Origin: Escherichia phage JM17
DNA: 64,000 nucleotides
Sequence record: PP400779
Direction: 5' to 3' (one strand)
Positions 17,616 through 28,900 of this stretch are shown in pieces. A program made the position numbers and the translations under genes. Within the stretch, counting starts at the first letter, position 1; every line of letters starts with the position of its first letter. The notes under the pieces are model-generated. The model worked only from the letters and a program-made list of their open reading frames with translations, was not told where the DNA came from and ran no database searches.

Positions 17616-17960
17616 ATGAATAAGCTGAATATTATTAACGAACTTCGTAAATGTGCAGAACCTACTCAGGAAGGATGGGATATTTGGTACCATGGAGCTT
17701 ATCTTGGAACTATCGTTAAAGTTAGAGCTGGGTTATATTTAATTATTCGCGAAAATTCTGAATTCCATAATGGAGTAGCTCCTGGTGGTATACGTAAAAA
17801 CTTTATGGCAGCGATCAGTTCATTTGTTGATGCAGCTTACGAAATCTATAAAGAAGATTATAAAGAATATCAGCAGTCACAACCGGTTATTCGTTCAATT
17901 GGTGTTAACAAAGCTCAGCAGAAAACTTTGTGGCAACGTATTAAAGGATGGTTTAAATGA
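17616..17960 (+). CDS. hypothetical protein (114 aa)
   Basis: ATG at 17616 with ribosome-binding site GAGGAA, just after the motA stop. Confidence 0.5.
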   Translation: MNKLNIINELRKCAEPTQEGWDIWYHGAYLGTIVKVRAGLYLIIRENSEFHNGVAPGGIRKNFMAAISSFVDAAYEIYKEDYKEYQQSQPVIRSIGVNKAQQKTLWQRIKGWFK

Positions 17961-18418
17961 AAACTTTTAAAGAACGTTTAGCTCTGTTAGATAAAGCTTT
18001 GTCGCGTGAGACTCCGGAAAGTCTGGCTGCTAAATTAGCTTCTTACGGTGGTGAATATACAGAACAAAATGTTTTAGATGAAGTTCCTGAAATCTGTTGG
18101 CAGACTCTGTATTGGGATGAAAACCAAAAGTATCAACGACGAATTGTCTGCGCAGCCAACCGTTTTAAATTAAAAGATGGACGAACTCTTATTATTCCAG
18201 GTGCTCGTCATTATTCTAAAGATATGGCAGAAGTTTTAGATGTAGTTAAACCTCAATTAGTTACTCAACAAGTTTGTGATGATGACCAAGGGTTTATTGA
18301 CCAATATAGTAATTATTGGACACGTGAAGAAGCAATGATTATTGCAACTTACGCTGGACAAGTACGTATTGAACGTGGTGGTAATGAAAAAGAACTTTAC
18401 TCTGAGGACCTTTACTAA
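17957..18418 (+). CDS. hypothetical protein (153 aa)
   Basis: ORF translationally coupled to both neighbours. Confidence 0.55.
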   Translation: MKTFKERLALLDKALSRETPESLAAKLASYGGEYTEQNVLDEVPEICWQTLYWDENQKYQRRIVCAANRFKLKDGRTLIIPGARHYSKDMAEVLDVVKPQLVTQQVCDDDQGFIDQYSNYWTREEAMIIATYAGQVRIERGGNEKELYSEDLY

Positions 18419-18699
18419 TGAATCTTAAACAACTCCAGATTGATGCTATTGAATCACGTATCCAAGATATCAAACGCCTTAATCATATGATGGAAGAAAA
18501 CTATGGTATGTATGCTAATCAGCCTGGTTGGGATGCTTTAGACCATCCTTATTTGGTTAATTTATGTAAAGGTGATACGTTAGCAATTATTCGTGATGGG
18601 TTAAAACCTTTCTTGCGTGACATGTATATTAAAATGAACGAAGAAATTATTAGCTCGTTGCAATATCAATTAAGGAAATTAGATGATGAGAATAATTGA
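18418..18699 (+). CDS. hypothetical protein (93 aa)
   Basis: ORF with overlapping stop/start. Confidence 0.5.
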   Translation: MNLKQLQIDAIESRIQDIKRLNHMMEENYGMYANQPGWDALDHPYLVNLCKGDTLAIIRDGLKPFLRDMYIKMNEEIISSLQYQLRKLDDENN

Positions 18700-18901
18700 T
18701 TCTAAAGCAGATTATTTTAATTCTGTTAATGATAAGAATAAAGCTTTAATTCGCCACTTTATTACTGAGATGGGATATACCGACTCTAAAGATTTGAAAG
18801 AGCACATTGTCGAATGTTCTGTGGCTAAAAAGTTTTCTTTCACAGACAAATGTTTAAACGAGGTTATAAATCATTATGAACAATCTTGTAGCAAAACATG
18901 A
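18683..18901 (+). CDS. hypothetical protein (72 aa)
   Basis: ORF in an operon-like arrangement. Confidence 0.4.
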   Translation: MMRIIDSKADYFNSVNDKNKALIRHFITEMGYTDSKDLKEHIVECSVAKKFSFTDKCLNEVINHYEQSCSKT

Positions 18902-19284
18902 TTTCAATAAGGCTTCCGTCCATAAGGACAAGAAGAAATCAGAACTTCAATCTAAACGTAAACAAAAACATAAGGGTAAAGACTATGCTTACTAAAATCA
19001 AAGAAAATCCTGCCACTGAACTTGTTATTCGATGTGAAGAACTTGCAGAGCTTTATCAGGTTAACCGAGAAGTGTGTCGTAGTGTTATCATAGATATGGC
19101 AGACGAAGTATGTTCTCGTATTCCTTTTAGTGTCGATTTCAATCATATGAAGCCTGGTGAAATCACCATCGTCTTTGGTTCTGACTATACTGAAGAACGG
19201 GCTCTTAATGTCCTAGAATATGAAATGTCATTCTTTGACATACAGGACTACATTGATAGTTATAAGGAACAATATGAGTCATAA
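18898..19284 (+). CDS. hypothetical protein (up to 128 aa; start uncertain)
   Basis: ORF; an internal ATG near 18984 with ribosome-binding site is an alternative start. Confidence 0.45.
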   Translation: MISIRLPSIRTRRNQNFNLNVNKNIRVKTMLTKIKENPATELVIRCEELAELYQVNREVCRSVIIDMADEVCSRIPFSVDFNHMKPGEITIVFGSDYTEERALNVLEYEMSFFDIQDYIDSYKEQYES

Positions 19285-19435
19285 TCTTCAGAACGTAGTA
19301 GAGGCCGAACGTGAGCGTGAGGCTTTAATCTATAATGAACTATTGGCCTCGTTCTTAGCCTTACACTCGTACGAACAGGAAGACTACATTGATTACGTTA
19401 AAAGCGTAGAAAAAGCCGTTTACAATCAACACTGA
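19274..19435 (+). CDS. possible small protein (53 aa)
   Basis: ATG overlapping the upstream stop; acidic. Confidence 0.3.
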   Translation: MSHNLQNVVEAEREREALIYNELLASFLALHSYEQEDYIDYVKSVEKAVYNQH

Positions 19436-19481
19436 TAATGGTACTATACTCCTATCAATTAAGTGGAATGAATAAAACGTT

Positions 19482-19754
19482 ATGAATAAAGACATTGAAA
19501 TCGTACGTGAAATTATTACTATTGCTTCTATTTTGATTAAATTCTCGAGGGAAGATATTGTTGAAGACAGAGCAAGTTTCATCGGATTCTTGAATGAGAT
19601 TGGAATTAAAAAAGATGGTCGGCAGCTAAATCAGAATTCGTTCAGAAAACTAATTACAAATTTAACTGCCGAAGAAAAGAAAACACTGATTAGTGAATTC
19701 AATGAAGGTTTTGAAAATATTTATCGTCATTTAGCGATGTATTCTAACAACTAA
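19482..19754 (+). CDS. asiA: anti-sigma70 factor AsiA
   Basis: 90 aa; MNKDIEIVREIITIASILIKFSREDIV near-identical to T4 AsiA. Confidence 0.93.
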   Translation: MNKDIEIVREIITIASILIKFSREDIVEDRASFIGFLNEIGIKKDGRQLNQNSFRKLITNLTAEEKKTLISEFNEGFENIYRHLAMYSNN

Positions 19755-20414
19755 TTATTTAGCCCTTCCTAGTATTCGGATCGCTTGGTTGCATATAGCC
19801 GCTAAGCGATCTTCCTCAAGTATATTATTCCCCTTATACCAATACATCGTCACAGTTCCAGCATAGATGTTATCCAAATTAAAATATGGACAACTATACA
19901 TATAAGAAAGTTCGGCAGTCTTAGATTTTGTAGGCAAAAATGCAAATTCTGTTTTAGATGAGAAATGACGGCCACTTAAATGAATTATATATTCATTAGC
20001 CGTTTTATCCACTGGGAATCCGCCAAGGGACTTTTCAGAAATTGTGCTAGGTAGTTTGCCTTCATAAGCTATAAGGTCGACAAAATAATTTAAGTTTTTA
20101 GGTCTGAAAGAATACACAGCACTAAAATCTGCACCAGATGAGATATGAACTATTTGCAGTTGTTCTAGAGCCGCAGATTCAAAACGTAAAGCTCGTTCTT
20201 TTTGGATTATTTCAGTATAAGTATCATACTTAGCTCTTACATAATAATCCAGCAAAATACTTCCTTTGTACCATATTAGTGCCATTAGGAACAAAAGAAT
20301 AATTACCGCTACTCGGGACATTAAAACCTTTCCAGTAGCGTTATCTTTGAAAATACGATCTAGCAACCCAAATAGAATATCACTAGGCGAAAATGATACT
20401 TTTGGTGTTGCCAT
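19755..20414 (-). CDS. t: holin T
   Basis: 219 aa; VSFSPSDILFG...RIFKDNATGKVL...YSFRPKNLNYFVD match T4 holin. Confidence 0.93.
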   Translation of the reverse strand: MATPKVSFSPSDILFGLLDRIFKDNATGKVLMSRVAVIILLFLMALIWYKGSILLDYYVRAKYDTYTEIIQKERALRFESAALEQLQIVHISSGADFSAVYSFRPKNLNYFVDLIAYEGKLPSTISEKSLGGFPVDKTANEYIIHLSGRHFSSKTEFAFLPTKSKTAELSYMYSCPYFNLDNIYAGTVTMYWYKGNNILEEDRLAAICNQAIRILGRAK

Positions 20415-20423
20415 AATACCTCC

Positions 20424-20975
20424 TTACTTAAAGATATTTATAATCGCTTTGATAATAGATTTGTTTTCAAGGTCAGGGAATTTAGGGAATTCGCCGCCAA
20501 GATGTTCATGTTTTTCTAAAAGGGCAAAGAATTTTTTGAGCTCTTTAAATTTTCGTTTTTCTTCTCTATTAGCAACCTCTGCGTCAATAAGAGAACTTAA
20601 AACACTGAATAATTTATAGAGTTCATGAATTTTCTTATCACGTTGAACTACGCGTTTATATGCTTCATCTTCCTTCCACCCGTCGTCGGTCCAAATGTCA
20701 AATTCACCAGGTTCTTCTGTAGTAACATTTTGAAGAGCACCTGGAGTGTCAATAACAATTTTTTGCTTATCATAAGTCCATACTGTTTTTCCACGATGGT
20801 CTTCAACATATACCCATTCTTTTTCGCGTTCATCAAATACAACAGCATAGCCTTCTTTAGGGTCTAAAGGTTTTTTAGATGTCGAGTGAGCCGGAAGACC
20901 GAGGCCTTTAACCGGTTTGTAATTTTCTTCTTTGTAAAATTCTTTAGTGTCAAAATAATAATGATATATTTTCAT
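20424..20975 (-). CDS. 38: gp38, T4-type tail fibre assembly protein
   Basis: 183 aa; N-terminus MKIYHYYFDTKEFYKEENYKPVKGLGLPAHST matches T4 gp38. Confidence 0.92.
   Translation of the reverse strand: MKIYHYYFDTKEFYKEENYKPVKGLGLPAHSTSKKPLDPKEGYAVVFDEREKEWVYVEDHRGKTVWTYDKQKIVIDTPGALQNVTTEEPGEFDIWTDDGWKEDEAYKRVVQRDKKIHELYKLFSVLSSLIDAEVANREEKRKFKELKKFFALLEKHEHLGGEFPKFPDLENKSIIKAIINIFK
20435..20442 (-). promoter_or_regulatory. late promoter TATAAATA for t
   Basis: tataaata on the - strand about 20 nt upstream of the t start, inside the 3' end of gene 38. Confidence 0.45.
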
Positions 20976-21002
20976 ATTTAGAAGGGGCCGAAGCCCCTCT
21001 CC

Positions 21003-24000
21003 TTATGCTAAACGAACGATATAGTTAAAAGCAATGTTTTTAACCGTGTTTTCTGTATTACCTGTACTATTTACAGTGATAGTATGACCATGCGAGCCAA
21101 TTGCTACCGAGTGAGTATGAGCACCAATACCTACAGTATGTGTATGGGCACCAATACCTACAGTATGCGCGTGGTTACCCGTAGAGCTAGTAGTACCAGA
21201 CCAAGAGTGTGTATGGTTACCTTCTGTAGATGACTTTGCAATATATTGGCTTGAACCAGGCACGACACCGTTGCTTAGGCCAAAACCAACAACCTGGTTT
21301 CCACTAATTAGAGTAGACCCATTAGGAAATATCCCTGTTGGTTGATTATTAGGACCCCTTGGACCGGTTTGTGAGTGCTGGTGGTTACCTGCTGCACCAG
21401 TAGTACCGCTTACTGTATGGTTATGGTTACCTGTTGTATTGCTAGTCTTCGTACCATAATCAAAGCTTGAAGAGGTTTTAGTACCATAATCAAAACTTGA
21501 TGTGTTTTTAGTACCCAAATCTGTGCTTGATGCACTTGCACTATGGCTATGTGACTTAACACCATCTGCTTCTGTACTTAATACAGCACGCCCAGATGGT
21601 TTACCCTTGATAGTTTGACCACGCATATCCGGAATAGTACCAGTAGGATATGCAACAGCCAATTTTGGGTATGCAGACTTATCAAAAGTCTGTCCTTCCA
21701 TAATAGCGTAACCTTCAGGAGGTGTATCAGTAGGCCAAGGAATCGGAGCACCAATTGGGTAACTCGACACAATATCTGTCTTAAGGTTATTTATTGTGGT
21801 ATTCAAGTTAGCAAAATTACCAGTGCCGCCAGTGATGTTACCATCAGTACCGAATTGAGCATTACCAACTTTTAATGGTTTTGAAAAAAGAACATCGTCG
21901 GTTCTAAATGCAACCCCATGACCTAATGCATTACTATATAAGTTAAGTTCATCTGAACTACCACTCCCATTACCAACGAACCATTTAACCGTATTAGCTT
22001 TTTTACCCTGAATATAAACAGGGTTGGTCGATGAAACCGAGTTAATAATAAGCGCGGCGTTATTAGCGTTAATTGTGATAGCTTGCCCTGATGTTGTTCT
22101 ACTAGTTTCTACTTTAAATCTTCCACCGCCGATATCAACATCATGATCCATGGAAACTTTACCATCACTTAATGTAATATAGAACGGACGTAAATTAGAA
22201 ATACCACCTGATTCACCAGCATTCTGTGGAGTTGGAATAATATAAAGCTTATCTTCAGAACGACGGAAAATAGCCCCGTATTCAGCATTCCAAATTCTTA
22301 ATGCATCAGCTGTTCCGCCGATTTTAACTTGCCCGGTAATAGAAGAACCACCTTGGACAAACAAACCGTTAGACATAGTAACATTGCCACCAAAAGAACC
22401 TGTACCGGAGGCACTTATATTACCAAGGCCTATGATATGGCCTGTTTCGACAGTTCCGTTAAATTTAAAGTTAACCGGACCTACTGTTTCACCAGAAGCC
22501 GGGTTGGTACGTTGAGCATAAAAATAATAACCATGCCCGTCAGCTAATTCAAAAACTGTTTCACGAGTACGATCGCCAGATGCGTTAAATGAATTACCCC
22601 ACGCTTTAATAGATACATAACTTTTATTCTGACCTGCGCGAGTACCACCAGCCCACAGTATAGTTTTAGTGCCATCTGTTGTTGTAGGAGCGTCAAGTTG
22701 AATACCGTCGGGTCTAGCACCAGTAAGAACTAATCCATTATCAAATTTAATTCTTTGTATTGAAGATACTGTTCCGTCGGCATAAAACTGTACATTATTA
22801 GAACCAGTTACCAGTTTCAAAATACCCGGGTTAACTTCCATACCTTCTTGTGTATTAATGTTGGTTTGGCCTTTACCGCGGAAATAGTGGGACATTTTCC
22901 CGCCTGAGTTATAGCCAATATGCGTCTGGCCGTCTCCAGCAGTGTTTTCATCAGCTTGTGTTTGAACCGATAAAAACGCGGCGTTGGTTCCAGGCATAAT
23001 CCATGTTGTACCTTGGTCCTCGGAACGACCAAAAATCGCTTTACGGGTACTACGGAAACTATAAGGAGTAATAGATGCGACAGAATTCCCTGAACCAACT
23101 AAATCATAAACACCGGTTTTTTTGTATGATAGCCCCGTCCCGTTATCGCCTAGAGCTAAATAAACACCGAATCCTAAAGCGGCACCATTACCATAGTCGC
23201 TTGACGGGTATCCTGCAGTCACGGTCCCGATGGCTATGCTATTGCGGACGATCATTCGGCCGTCATTACGAATACCATATAATTTAAATGATGGTGTATT
23301 ACCAGTCCACCAAGAAACTTCATCAGCCTGGTCTGTTTGTGCAGTAACAATTTCATGATACATTGTACCACCGGATTTAGCTCGCACTTTACGAAGATAG
23401 TTTACACCATTCGTTTCACCGGTTCCAGGATAAACATAGTTAACCAAAGATTGTGAATCATATTGTCCAAATGATTTAGAATCATGATTAATTAAATTAA
23501 CACTAATAGTTGGTGTACTAATAGAAGTTAAAGCAGTTAATTTGCGTGCCTGGAAGATACCGCCATCAGTAGAAATGAAATGAAATTCTGAATTTTGAGC
23601 TTCCGCAGCGGTTCCTTGACGAACACGCATTGTAATTACGCCTTCATTTTCAGACTGCGGGTTTGAATATAAAACGCCACGTTCTGAGCCATTTGTATTT
23701 TCAAACCAAAGATGGGCCTTTGCAGTATCATTTATTGCTCTTGTATAAAATGAACCGGATGTTGATCTGAATACTGTAGCAGAAACAATATTACTTGCCG
23801 TAATAGTACCACTTGTAGAAAAATTTCCAAAGTTGTTTATTGGTCCATTGACGCGTAAAGTTCCATCAATAGTTACATTTCCATCAATTTGACCGCCTTT
23901 AGCAATACCTAGATCAATGATATTTCCTGTATCATCTTTAGTAAAAATTGTTCTATCTTTTAAGTTTATAGCCAATTCACCTTCGGCTAATACTGAAGCA

Positions 24001-24059
24001 GCAGGACGTGCACCTGCGGTTTTGCTTCTTTTAAATTGTATTTGTTTTAAAGTAGCCAT
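21003..24059 (-). CDS. 37: gp37, long tail fibre distal subunit
   Basis: 1018 aa; N-terminus [52 protein letters not shown] matches T4 gp37; C-terminal His-x-His repeats. Confidence 0.92.
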   Translation of the reverse strand: MATLKQIQFKRSKTAGARPAASVLAEGELAINLKDRTIFTKDDTGNIIDLGIAKGGQIDGNVTIDGTLRVNGPINNFGNFSTSGTITASNIVSATVFRSTSGSFYTRAINDTAKAHLWFENTNGSERGVLYSNPQSENEGVITMRVRQGTAAEAQNSEFHFISTDGGIFQARKLTALTSISTPTISVNLINHDSKSFGQYDSQSLVNYVYPGTGETNGVNYLRKVRAKSGGTMYHEIVTAQTDQADEVSWWTGNTPSFKLYGIRNDGRMIVRNSIAIGTVTAGYPSSDYGNGAALGFGVYLALGDNGTGLSYKKTGVYDLVGSGNSVASITPYSFRSTRKAIFGRSEDQGTTWIMPGTNAAFLSVQTQADENTAGDGQTHIGYNSGGKMSHYFRGKGQTNINTQEGMEVNPGILKLVTGSNNVQFYADGTVSSIQRIKFDNGLVLTGARPDGIQLDAPTTTDGTKTILWAGGTRAGQNKSYVSIKAWGNSFNASGDRTRETVFELADGHGYYFYAQRTNPASGETVGPVNFKFNGTVETGHIIGLGNISASGTGSFGGNVTMSNGLFVQGGSSITGQVKIGGTADALRIWNAEYGAIFRRSEDKLYIIPTPQNAGESGGISNLRPFYITLSDGKVSMDHDVDIGGGRFKVETSRTTSGQAITINANNAALIINSVSSTNPVYIQGKKANTVKWFVGNGSGSSDELNLYSNALGHGVAFRTDDVLFSKPLKVGNAQFGTDGNITGGTGNFANLNTTINNLKTDIVSSYPIGAPIPWPTDTPPEGYAIMEGQTFDKSAYPKLAVAYPTGTIPDMRGQTIKGKPSGRAVLSTEADGVKSHSHSASASSTDLGTKNTSSFDYGTKTSSSFDYGTKTSNTTGNHNHTVSGTTGAAGNHQHSQTGPRGPNNQPTGIFPNGSTLISGNQVVGFGLSNGVVPGSSQYIAKSSTEGNHTHSWSGTTSSTGNHAHTVGIGAHTHTVGIGAHTHSVAIGSHGHTITVNSTGNTENTVKNIAFNYIVRLA
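21451..21540. repeat. three tandem ~30-bp repeats inside the gene 37 distal region
   Basis: gtaccataatcaaa(g/a)cttga... recurs three times, encoding (S/T)SFDYGTKTS-like decapeptides. Confidence 0.45.
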
Positions 24060-24067
24060 AAGTCCTC

Positions 24068-24733
24068 TTAATAATAGCCGAAATCTTGAACAGAATCCTT
24101 AATTACGATTTGGTCGAAACGAGGAACGTGATTAGCCTCAGACGCCGGATTCTGTGAGAAAAAGTTTGGTGCTGTTAAAGTACCAGTCATGGTATCGCCT
24201 TTACGCAATACACGGGAATTTGCGTTATCCGTAACAATATTTATTCGTCCATCAACATAGTCCTTTCTAGTAAGGTCATTCGCTGCTATAGGAGCAGACA
24301 TATCGCTTCTTACTTGTCCTGAAGCAGATACAACGCCTTTTGTATTAATATCACCATTACGTGTATTGATTACTACAGTTCTACCCGCTGTTCCTTGTGA
24401 TGATTTAAAACCAATACCATACCATGAAACAATATCAATATTTGCTGTAACAAAAGTAGCTGCATCACCATTACCTGGATAAATACCAGATTGATTTGTA
24501 TTGTTTATAGCATATGGTATTTGAACACCGCCGTTAAATGTTACCTTTGATGCATAAGTACCACCATTAGCTTTAGAAACGAAATCGTTATCAGCAGCTT
24601 GTGGTTTATTATATTCTGAATAGAGTTTAAACGTTTTATACAGGACGTCATCACCTGCTGGCATTAAAGGGAAATTACCTTGATGCCATATAACAGCACC
24701 GCCAGTTGTACTACCAGCTTTTAAATCGGCCAT
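24068..24733 (-). CDS. 36: gp36, long tail fibre distal connector
   Basis: 221 aa; position between 35 and 37. Confidence 0.85.
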   Translation of the reverse strand: MADLKAGSTTGGAVIWHQGNFPLMPAGDDVLYKTFKLYSEYNKPQAADNDFVSKANGGTYASKVTFNGGVQIPYAINNTNQSGIYPGNGDAATFVTANIDIVSWYGIGFKSSQGTAGRTVVINTRNGDINTKGVVSASGQVRSDMSAPIAANDLTRKDYVDGRINIVTDNANSRVLRKGDTMTGTLTAPNFFSQNPASEANHVPRFDQIVIKDSVQDFGYY

Positions 24734-24757
24734 AGTTGTCTCCTTATATGTATACCA

Positions 24758-24765
24758 TATTTATA
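24758..24765 (-). promoter_or_regulatory. late promoter TATAAATA for gene 36
   Basis: tataaata on the - strand about 25 nt upstream of the gene 36 start. Confidence 0.5.
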
Positions 24766-24790
24766 CAAAAATGGGAGACCGAAGTCTCCC
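24766..24790 (-). terminator. intrinsic terminator on the - strand
   Basis: - strand reads gggagacttcggtctccc then attttt, just after the gene 35 stop. Confidence 0.5.
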
Positions 24791-24795
24791 TAAAT

Positions 24796-25923
24796 TTATT
24801 CTGATGCTTCTTTAAATTCTTGTCCAAATACCTTACCAGTATCAGTTGAAGATTGAGTAGGTAGTGTCATTATGTCTGGAGTATTTAAAGATTCTGAAAC
24901 ATAATTTACACGAATACCATTTATACCAAACTCAGCAGGTTTTGAAACGCTTCCATTACATGATACTTCAGTGAATATAACGTTTCTTAATCCGCCTTGC
25001 CCGACTGGGGCCGTACGATAACAATAAATCGTGAACCCGTCAGCACCGGCAGGAATTTCTATGTAGTCTTCATATATCTTCCATTCACCTGCAGCCCCAT
25101 CAAAGTTTGTATCCTTAAATGAAATAGGTGAAGTAGAAGGAGATTTAAAGAAACGAATAGAAAGTCGTGTCGTCCCTTGTGCTAACAAATCGGCATCGGC
25201 CATTAGTTGGAATTTCATATAAAGGAAATCTCCAGGCTTCAATTTATACCCAGCGAGAGGTGTAATAACGGACGTTGTAGGCATCCTTTTAATTTCATTA
25301 TTAGTACCTCCAACAACAGATAAAAATGTGTCTGTCGATTCGTACGTACGACTAGGGAAGCCGGTAGCACCAATATCATCGATCGTGTCGTACACAACAT
25401 CAAGTGGTGTACTATAGTCGGTTGAAGTTTTCTTATTACTATACTTAATATGTTCTAGTGCTATAGCATTCTTACCAGAAATATAAAATGCCGAATAAGA
25501 AATGTCCACTATATTTAAAACTTGTTGAGCTAATGGAATAGAAGAACTTCCGGCTTTATTAAACCATGCAAGAACTTCTGGCGGAAAGTTTGTTTTAGCG
25601 TTAGTAACAAGAGCAAATATAAAATTTGAAGCATATGTGTCCATGAAAGTAACAAATGCACTTGACGTGGCGTCGTTTTCAGTAGAGAAATTATATGTCT
25701 TAGATTCAACTACTGCACCCGTTGTAGGATTTATTACACGAACGTTTAATCCAACGGAAAAAACCTGGGACCCAAGTGGATTATCCTGGAACTTAATATA
25801 AGCAGGAGATGTTGATAGCGGGCAAGAGCCCGCTATGCTTAATTTAAATCGTACTGAATTGCTTTCCGATAAAAATGGCGTTTGGACGTATCCTTGTCCA
25901 AACTTAGCCATAAATTTTTCCAT
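24796..25923 (-). CDS. 35: gp35, long tail fibre hinge
   Basis: 375 aa; synteny between 34 and 36. Confidence 0.85.
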   Translation of the reverse strand: MEKFMAKFGQGYVQTPFLSESNSVRFKLSIAGSCPLSTSPAYIKFQDNPLGSQVFSVGLNVRVINPTTGAVVESKTYNFSTENDATSSAFVTFMDTYASNFIFALVTNAKTNFPPEVLAWFNKAGSSSIPLAQQVLNIVDISYSAFYISGKNAIALEHIKYSNKKTSTDYSTPLDVVYDTIDDIGATGFPSRTYESTDTFLSVVGGTNNEIKRMPTTSVITPLAGYKLKPGDFLYMKFQLMADADLLAQGTTRLSIRFFKSPSTSPISFKDTNFDGAAGEWKIYEDYIEIPAGADGFTIYCYRTAPVGQGGLRNVIFTEVSCNGSVSKPAEFGINGIRVNYVSESLNTPDIMTLPTQSSTDTGKVFGQEFKEASE

Positions 25924-25931
25924 AATACCTC

Positions 25932-28900
25932 TTATTCAATCCACTCGAATTTAACAGATTTATTCACAGGGTCTGGAATAATGCGGACATTACCAATCCT
26001 TAAGAAATCCCTTATTGTCAAGTTTCCGATTGTTGCATTATCAGAAGGTAAAGCACCAATATCAGATGGCTGAGGAGGGTTACCCCCATCAAATACTTGA
26101 ACAAAACTTGACCAAGAATTTTTAGTTTTCTGCCATGTACGAGTCCAACGGGTTGTACGTGCTTCTGGAGTTGTTGGATAAGTAATCCAATCTTGGTAAA
26201 GTGAATCAAGTGTGTTACCAAACTGAGTCAATGTACCAGGAGATTTAACTTCTTCGCCACGTTCTAAGTATGGAAGCCCAGTCACTTCATTAGTTTTTTC
26301 AACCATTTTAAAATAACCTGGGAACTGGTTATAAGTGGCTGAATCGTTAATATCAATTGACCAGAATCCTACATTATCAGATGTTGGCGCACGGGTATAT
26401 AAATCGGATGTTTTAGTACCCTGAGAACGAATTCTCGAGTTAACAGTCAAACCGCCAGAATTTATAGTAGCACCATTGGCAATGATTAAGCCTTCACCAA
26501 TTGTAATCTGACCGGATTGGTTATTAATTGATAATGGACGTAATCCATTAAATCCACCGGTCTGATCACCTGATGCAGTAAGCATAAAATATGTGCTGCC
26601 TCCATCATTGCGAATAAAGAATCCGTAATCACCACTAATTGCTCTGAAAGCATTTGCAGACTTGCTAATGAATTCGCCATTGGCTGTAACTGAACGACCA
26701 AATGTTGCAACGCCATTCGCATTTAACGTGCCTGAAGCGTTAACATTTATTGGCATCACAGTACCATTGATACTAAACGTTATATTCCCGGCTTTATTAC
26801 GTTGAGAATAAAAGTGATTAGATGTTTCATCGCCAACTTCAAATACAGTAGAACGTGTTGTATCTGAACCATCACCAAATTCATTTCCACAAACTCTGAT
26901 AGTCATCGTCTGTGCCGGGTTAGTTCCAGTTTGAGGTCCTTTCTCAAAAATCAGACGAGTTGCCGTTCCAGTATTAGAAATAGTTAATGTACTATTTGCC
27001 GAAACTGAACCACCAAACGTAGCAGTACTAGTTGATACAAGAGGGGCACTCAGATTCGTTTGTTGGGTTAAGGTTAGTGAACCATTAACCGTCTGTGCAA
27101 TGTCCCTACGAATGAACTGAGATGAATCTAGGCCATCTAATAAATTTGCGTCAGCAGCTTTTGCTTTTAATGGCAAATAGTTAGCAAGTACACGGTTTAA
27201 TTCATATGGAGAAATAGCATAACTATTTTTTTCATATGATTCTAAAGGTTGTGTTGAACCAACTGTATCATTACCAACGAATGTAATTGAACCAGATGAA
27301 GTTTTAACAAAACCTCTTATTGCAGTAGTAGCAGCCCATGTCGGTTCATTCTGGACAATCCATTTTAAATTCTTAGGAGATACAGCAGTATTAGCAGAAG
27401 TTCCTGTTACAGTTTCAGCCTGAGTAGCAACCTTAATTACGCCTTCAGACGTTTCAGTGGACTTAGTCCCTAAAAGCTTTTTAGGAGTAATAAGAACATC
27501 ATCTAAAGTTCCTGCATTAGATTCTGCTTGGGTCGCTACACGAAGTGTACCACGTTGTGTTTCATTTGCTTTAGAAATATCAAGAGTATAATGGTTCCAC
27601 AAGGTTCCTTCTTCAATAAGTCCGGAATCAGAATTAACACTGGTACGGTCAGAAGAATCAAAATGAGTTTTAATTTTCAGTGGAGTTGAGATACGAGTAT
27701 CGTCAGTTCCAGTATCAAATTCAACTTGCGTAGCAAGTTCGGCTATGCCGGATAATCCTTCCGTAGCTTTCCTATCATTTAACGTCTTAGGCGTTACTGC
27801 ACGTGTATAATCAGTCCCAGCATTAGTTTCTGTTTGCGTAGCAATTTCAATTAAACCAATACGTCCATCAGTAGAAGTTTTCTTATGTAGTGTTTCAGGA
27901 GTTACTACAGCGTGAGAATAACCTGCTTGTGATTGACCAGCAATTACTTCACTATCAACAGCTAAAATTACTGCACCTTGTTGAGCATAAGTTGCTTTAT
28001 ATTGGTCAAGGGCTTTAGGAGAAATAGTTAAATTATTTACGGTTTTATTATAAACGTTAGTGCCTGCAGCACCACGAGTTTCAGCAGGAGTAGCAGAAGT
28101 AGTTGATACATATTTAACTATACCTGATAGTGTTTCAGAACCCTGACGTGCCTGCAATTTCTTAGGTGTAATAATCGTTGTGTCATCAAGACCAGCATCG
28201 GTTTCGGCCTGAGTAGCAATTTCTGCAAGACCGCGACGAGTTTCAGTTGCTGTACGCTCATTTAGTTTTTTAGGCGTAACAATAGTATCGTCCACAAATG
28301 ATGCTGTGGAATTCTGGTTAACTTGTGCTGTTGTAGCAATTTTAGCGATACCACGTCGAGCTTCAGTTGCTGTACGATTTGCCAACGTTTCAGGAGTAAT
28401 AGCCACTTCTTTAGCTGGAGTATTCTCTAAATCAACATTTGCTTGCGCTTGAGTAGCAAGAGCAATAACACCTAAACGAGCTCGTGTAGCATCAGTTCCA
28501 GCATCAACACGTTCTACAGTTGGGACGTTTTGTTGAACAACCCAATAACGTGTACCAGCAACGGTGTCTTCGATATACGCTAATTCTAATACAGGAACAT
28601 ATGAAGTAGTGCCATTGAATTCTAGTTCAGTAACAGAGACCCATTGAGCATCAGGTGGATATTCAGAACGTTTAGGGAACTGAAGCAATGCAACAGAAGA
28701 AGCAATTGTATCACCTTCGGCAGCTTTAATTTTTACTGTTTGGCCTTTACGCATGTAGTTCATTGAAATTTTAACAGTGTCACCACTCAAAATTCCGGAA
28801 GGCAGCGTAAGATTAATAGTTCCGGCTGTACCGTTATTTGTGCCAAAAATAAGAACTTCTTCATTTGGTCGAATATTTGAATCCGCACGGATAATACGAA

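Noticed and set aside
20424-20975. gp38 as a T2-type receptor-binding adhesin
   Set aside because: The sequence matches the T4-type 183-aa assembly chaperone, not the T2-type glycine-rich adhesin; receptor specificity here is expected to reside in the gp37 C-terminus.
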